38,586 nucleotides of DNA, taken from positions 1-38,586 of the forward strand of contig JBAXOY010000015.1 in NCBI GenBank assembly GCA_037133055.1, read 5' to 3'. This DNA comes from Chlamydiota bacterium. Lineage in GTDB: Bacteria; Auribacterota; Tritonobacteria; UBA1439. The notes beneath the pieces are model-generated. The model was given only the letters and a program-made list of their open reading frames with translations. It was not told the DNA's origin and searched no databases. Made by a program: the position numbers and the translations under genes. Positions 36,892 to 38,586 of the stretch are shown here, piece by piece; within the stretch, counting starts at the first letter, position 1, and each line of letters opens with the position of its first letter.

Positions 36892-38586
36892 TTATGGCGC
36901 AGGGACATTGCGCACCGCCTGTGCATAGGCGGATAACGACTTTGATGCCTGTCCGCTGCCAGTGCATAGACTCATGCAATAGCGATAATCCCTGATGCCC
37001 GCGCGGGTTTCATCGTATTCAGAAGATGACCAGAATGGAGTGAAATAGGCATAAGGCGGATAGTCGATCACGTAGCAGATGAAGCACATCTCGTTGTGTG
37101 TAGGCAGTCTCCAGTCGTCCTTCTCCAGCCAGTCCAGTCCAGCGGCCCACGCCATGACGGTTGCCCAGTTCCCCGTCGAGAACCCCATCCCGTTCATCGT
37201 CCCGGGCGCACCCGTAGTGAGAGCAACGTACATGTTCTCTATTTGCAGGACCTGCCCGGTGCCAGCGGGGCCGTACTTAGCGTACCAGTCCGGGGTATTC
37301 GTCGGGGTGGGCGTGATAGTGATGGTCGGGGGGACCGTCGGGGTCCTCGTCTGTCTCGGCGTTTTCGTCGGCGTCCTTGTCGGTCGCGGGGGGCTCGGGG
37401 TCCTCGTCGGACGCGGAGTCCCATGCGTCGGAGTCATCGTCGGCCACGTCGCCTGCCACGGCATGATACCGTAGCCGTAGGGGTGGCTTATGCACACCCA
37501 CGGCAGTTTCGGATCCCACTCCCACTCCGTCGGCATGGAAGTAACCGTCGGCGTCGGCGTAACGGTCAGGGTTAGAGTTGCCGTGGGAGTCAAGGTGGGT
37601 GTCCTAGTTATCGTCGGAGTGGATGTAGGTGGCGGTTCAGTCGGCGTGATCGTGGGTGTCGGGGCCTCGAAAAGCAGTGTGCAGAGATTATAGTCGGAGT
37701 ATGTTGACCCGTCCGTTCCAACCCACACCACCGTAGGCACTGCTGTCGGCGTCCGCGTCGGCGTCCGTGTCGGCGTCCTGGTCGGAGTGCGCGTCGCAAC
37801 CGCGAACAACGTCACGCAGAGACGGTCGTCGGAATACGTTGACCCGTCCACCCCCACCCACATCGCCGTCGGCGCAAAGGTCGGGGTAATGGTTGGGGTA
37901 TTTGTCGGGGTATTCGTGGGAGTCTCGGTAGGCGTTTCGGTAGGTGTATTCGTCGGCGTGGGCGTTATCGTGGGCGTTTCCGTCGGAGTCTTGGTCGGGG
38001 TTGATGTAGGAACTCCGGTAGACTCCGCACCGATGGCATATATGACATTGCCAGTGTCTCCAATGTACACCTTGCCATCGGAACTGATGGCGGGCGAACA
38101 TGCCGATACTGATCCGAATGTCGGATAGGCCCATGCAAGGCTCCCATTGGAATTAAGAGCGCGGAGCGTCGAGCCGTTTGAACCTACGTGCACTCTCCCA
38201 TCAGAACCTATCGCTGGCGACGAATATACTACGCCTCCTGCGTTGTAACTCCACGCGAGGCCGCCGTTCGAGTTTATGCTGTAAAGGCGGGAGTCGGAAG
38301 ACCCGATGTATATCCTCTCGTTCGGGTCGGTCGCCGGGGAAGACAGGTATATGTCTGCCGCCGTTGAATAAGTCCACGCGAGGCCGCCGTTCGAGTTCAA
38401 GGCATACAGTTTATTGTCCTGTGATCCGACGTATATATTCCCTCCGGAGCCTATTGAAGGAGAGGTGTTCACCTCGTCTGCGGCCCGGTAACTCCATCTG
38501 AAACTCCCATTTGAATTGAAGCAGCGGATTGAAGTGTCTCGGCATCCCACATACACAGCCCCATCGGATCCAGTCGCCGGAGACGT
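36892..38586 (-). CDS. PQQ/BamB beta-propeller + PT linkers + C-terminal DUF1566/Lcl (CLec-fold) protein, 5' end beyond window
   Basis: [15 protein letters not shown]..[12 protein letters not shown] repeats; WRLPT..E, FWSSS, AVR motifs; frame open to 38586. Confidence 0.85.
   Translation of the reverse strand, partial: TSPATGSDGAVYVGCRDTSIRCFNSNGSFRWSYRAADEVNTSPSIGSGGNIYVGSQDNKLYALNSNGGLAWTYSTAADIYLSSPATDPNERIYIGSSDSRLYSINSNGGLAWSYNAGGVVYSSPAIGSDGRVHVGSNGSTLRALNSNGSLAWAYPTFGSVSACSPAISSDGKVYIGDTGNVIYAIGAESTGVPTSTPTKTPTETPTITPTPTNTPTETPTETPTNTPTNTPTITPTFAPTAMWVGVDGSTYSDDRLCVTLFAVATRTPTRTPTRTPTRTPTAVPTVVWVGTDGSTYSDYNLCTLLFEAPTPTITPTEPPPTSTPTITRTPTLTPTATLTLTVTPTPTVTSMPTEWEWDPKLPWVCISHPYGYGIMPWQATWPTMTPTHGTPRPTRTPSPPRPTRTPTKTPRQTRTPTVPPTITITPTPTNTPDWYAKYGPAGTGQVLQIENMYVALTTGAPGTMNGMGFSTGNWATVMAWAAGLDWLEKDDWRLPTHNEMCFICYVIDYPPYAYFTPFWSSSEYDETRAGIRDYRYCMSLCTGSGQASKSLSAYAQAVRNVPAP

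Larger units (their letters stand above)
1..38586. mobile_element. Temperate phage/prophage segment (replication, immunity, cargo island and tail modules); both ends lie outside the window
   Basis: Divergent CI/Cro-like switch, co-oriented phage replication genes with ATGA overlaps, tail-collar and DUF4815-like structural genes; no host housekeeping genes. Confidence 0.9.

Noticed and set aside
36892..37120. Complete diversity-generating retroelement
   Set aside because: No reverse transcriptase, Avd or template repeat seen in the window.
1..38586. Alternative genetic code or stop-codon recoding
   Set aside because: Genes are full-length and tightly packed under the standard bacterial code; TAA, TAG and TGA all serve as stops.

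Overview
The whole window looks like part of a temperate, probably contractile-tailed phage or prophage with three blocks. (1) 1-9765, minus strand: early/replication module (Cro/Xis-like HTH, Gp3-like recombination protein, PD-(D/E)XK nuclease, replication initiator with internal iterons, SNF2 helicase, SMC/Rad50-like ATPase), facing a divergent CI-like repressor at 9926-10339. (2) ~10400-21890: a visibly less GC-rich cargo/defence island. It holds a truncated secreted-protein gene, an orphan CDC48-like AAA+ ATPase, a five-gene C5-MTase / MORC-GHKL ATPase / Mrr-helicase / unknown / Vsr operon, and a convergent DUF262 / HEPN / HNH cluster. (3) 21896-38586, minus strand: tail/baseplate genes (DUF4815-like, tail-collar fibre), a patatin phospholipase, and a run of signal-peptide-bearing or Pro/Thr-linker-rich proteins. 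The strongest leads are tail-fibre-type proteins with apparent Sec signal peptides, a C4/CI-like antisense RNA structure with matching target motifs in the early transcript, the MORC-linked restriction-modification-like operon, and a membrane protein plus patatin pair where lysis genes usually sit. I found no integrase, att site, endolysin, reverse transcriptase, tRNA or CRISPR array. All family calls come from motif recognition by eye; no searches were run.
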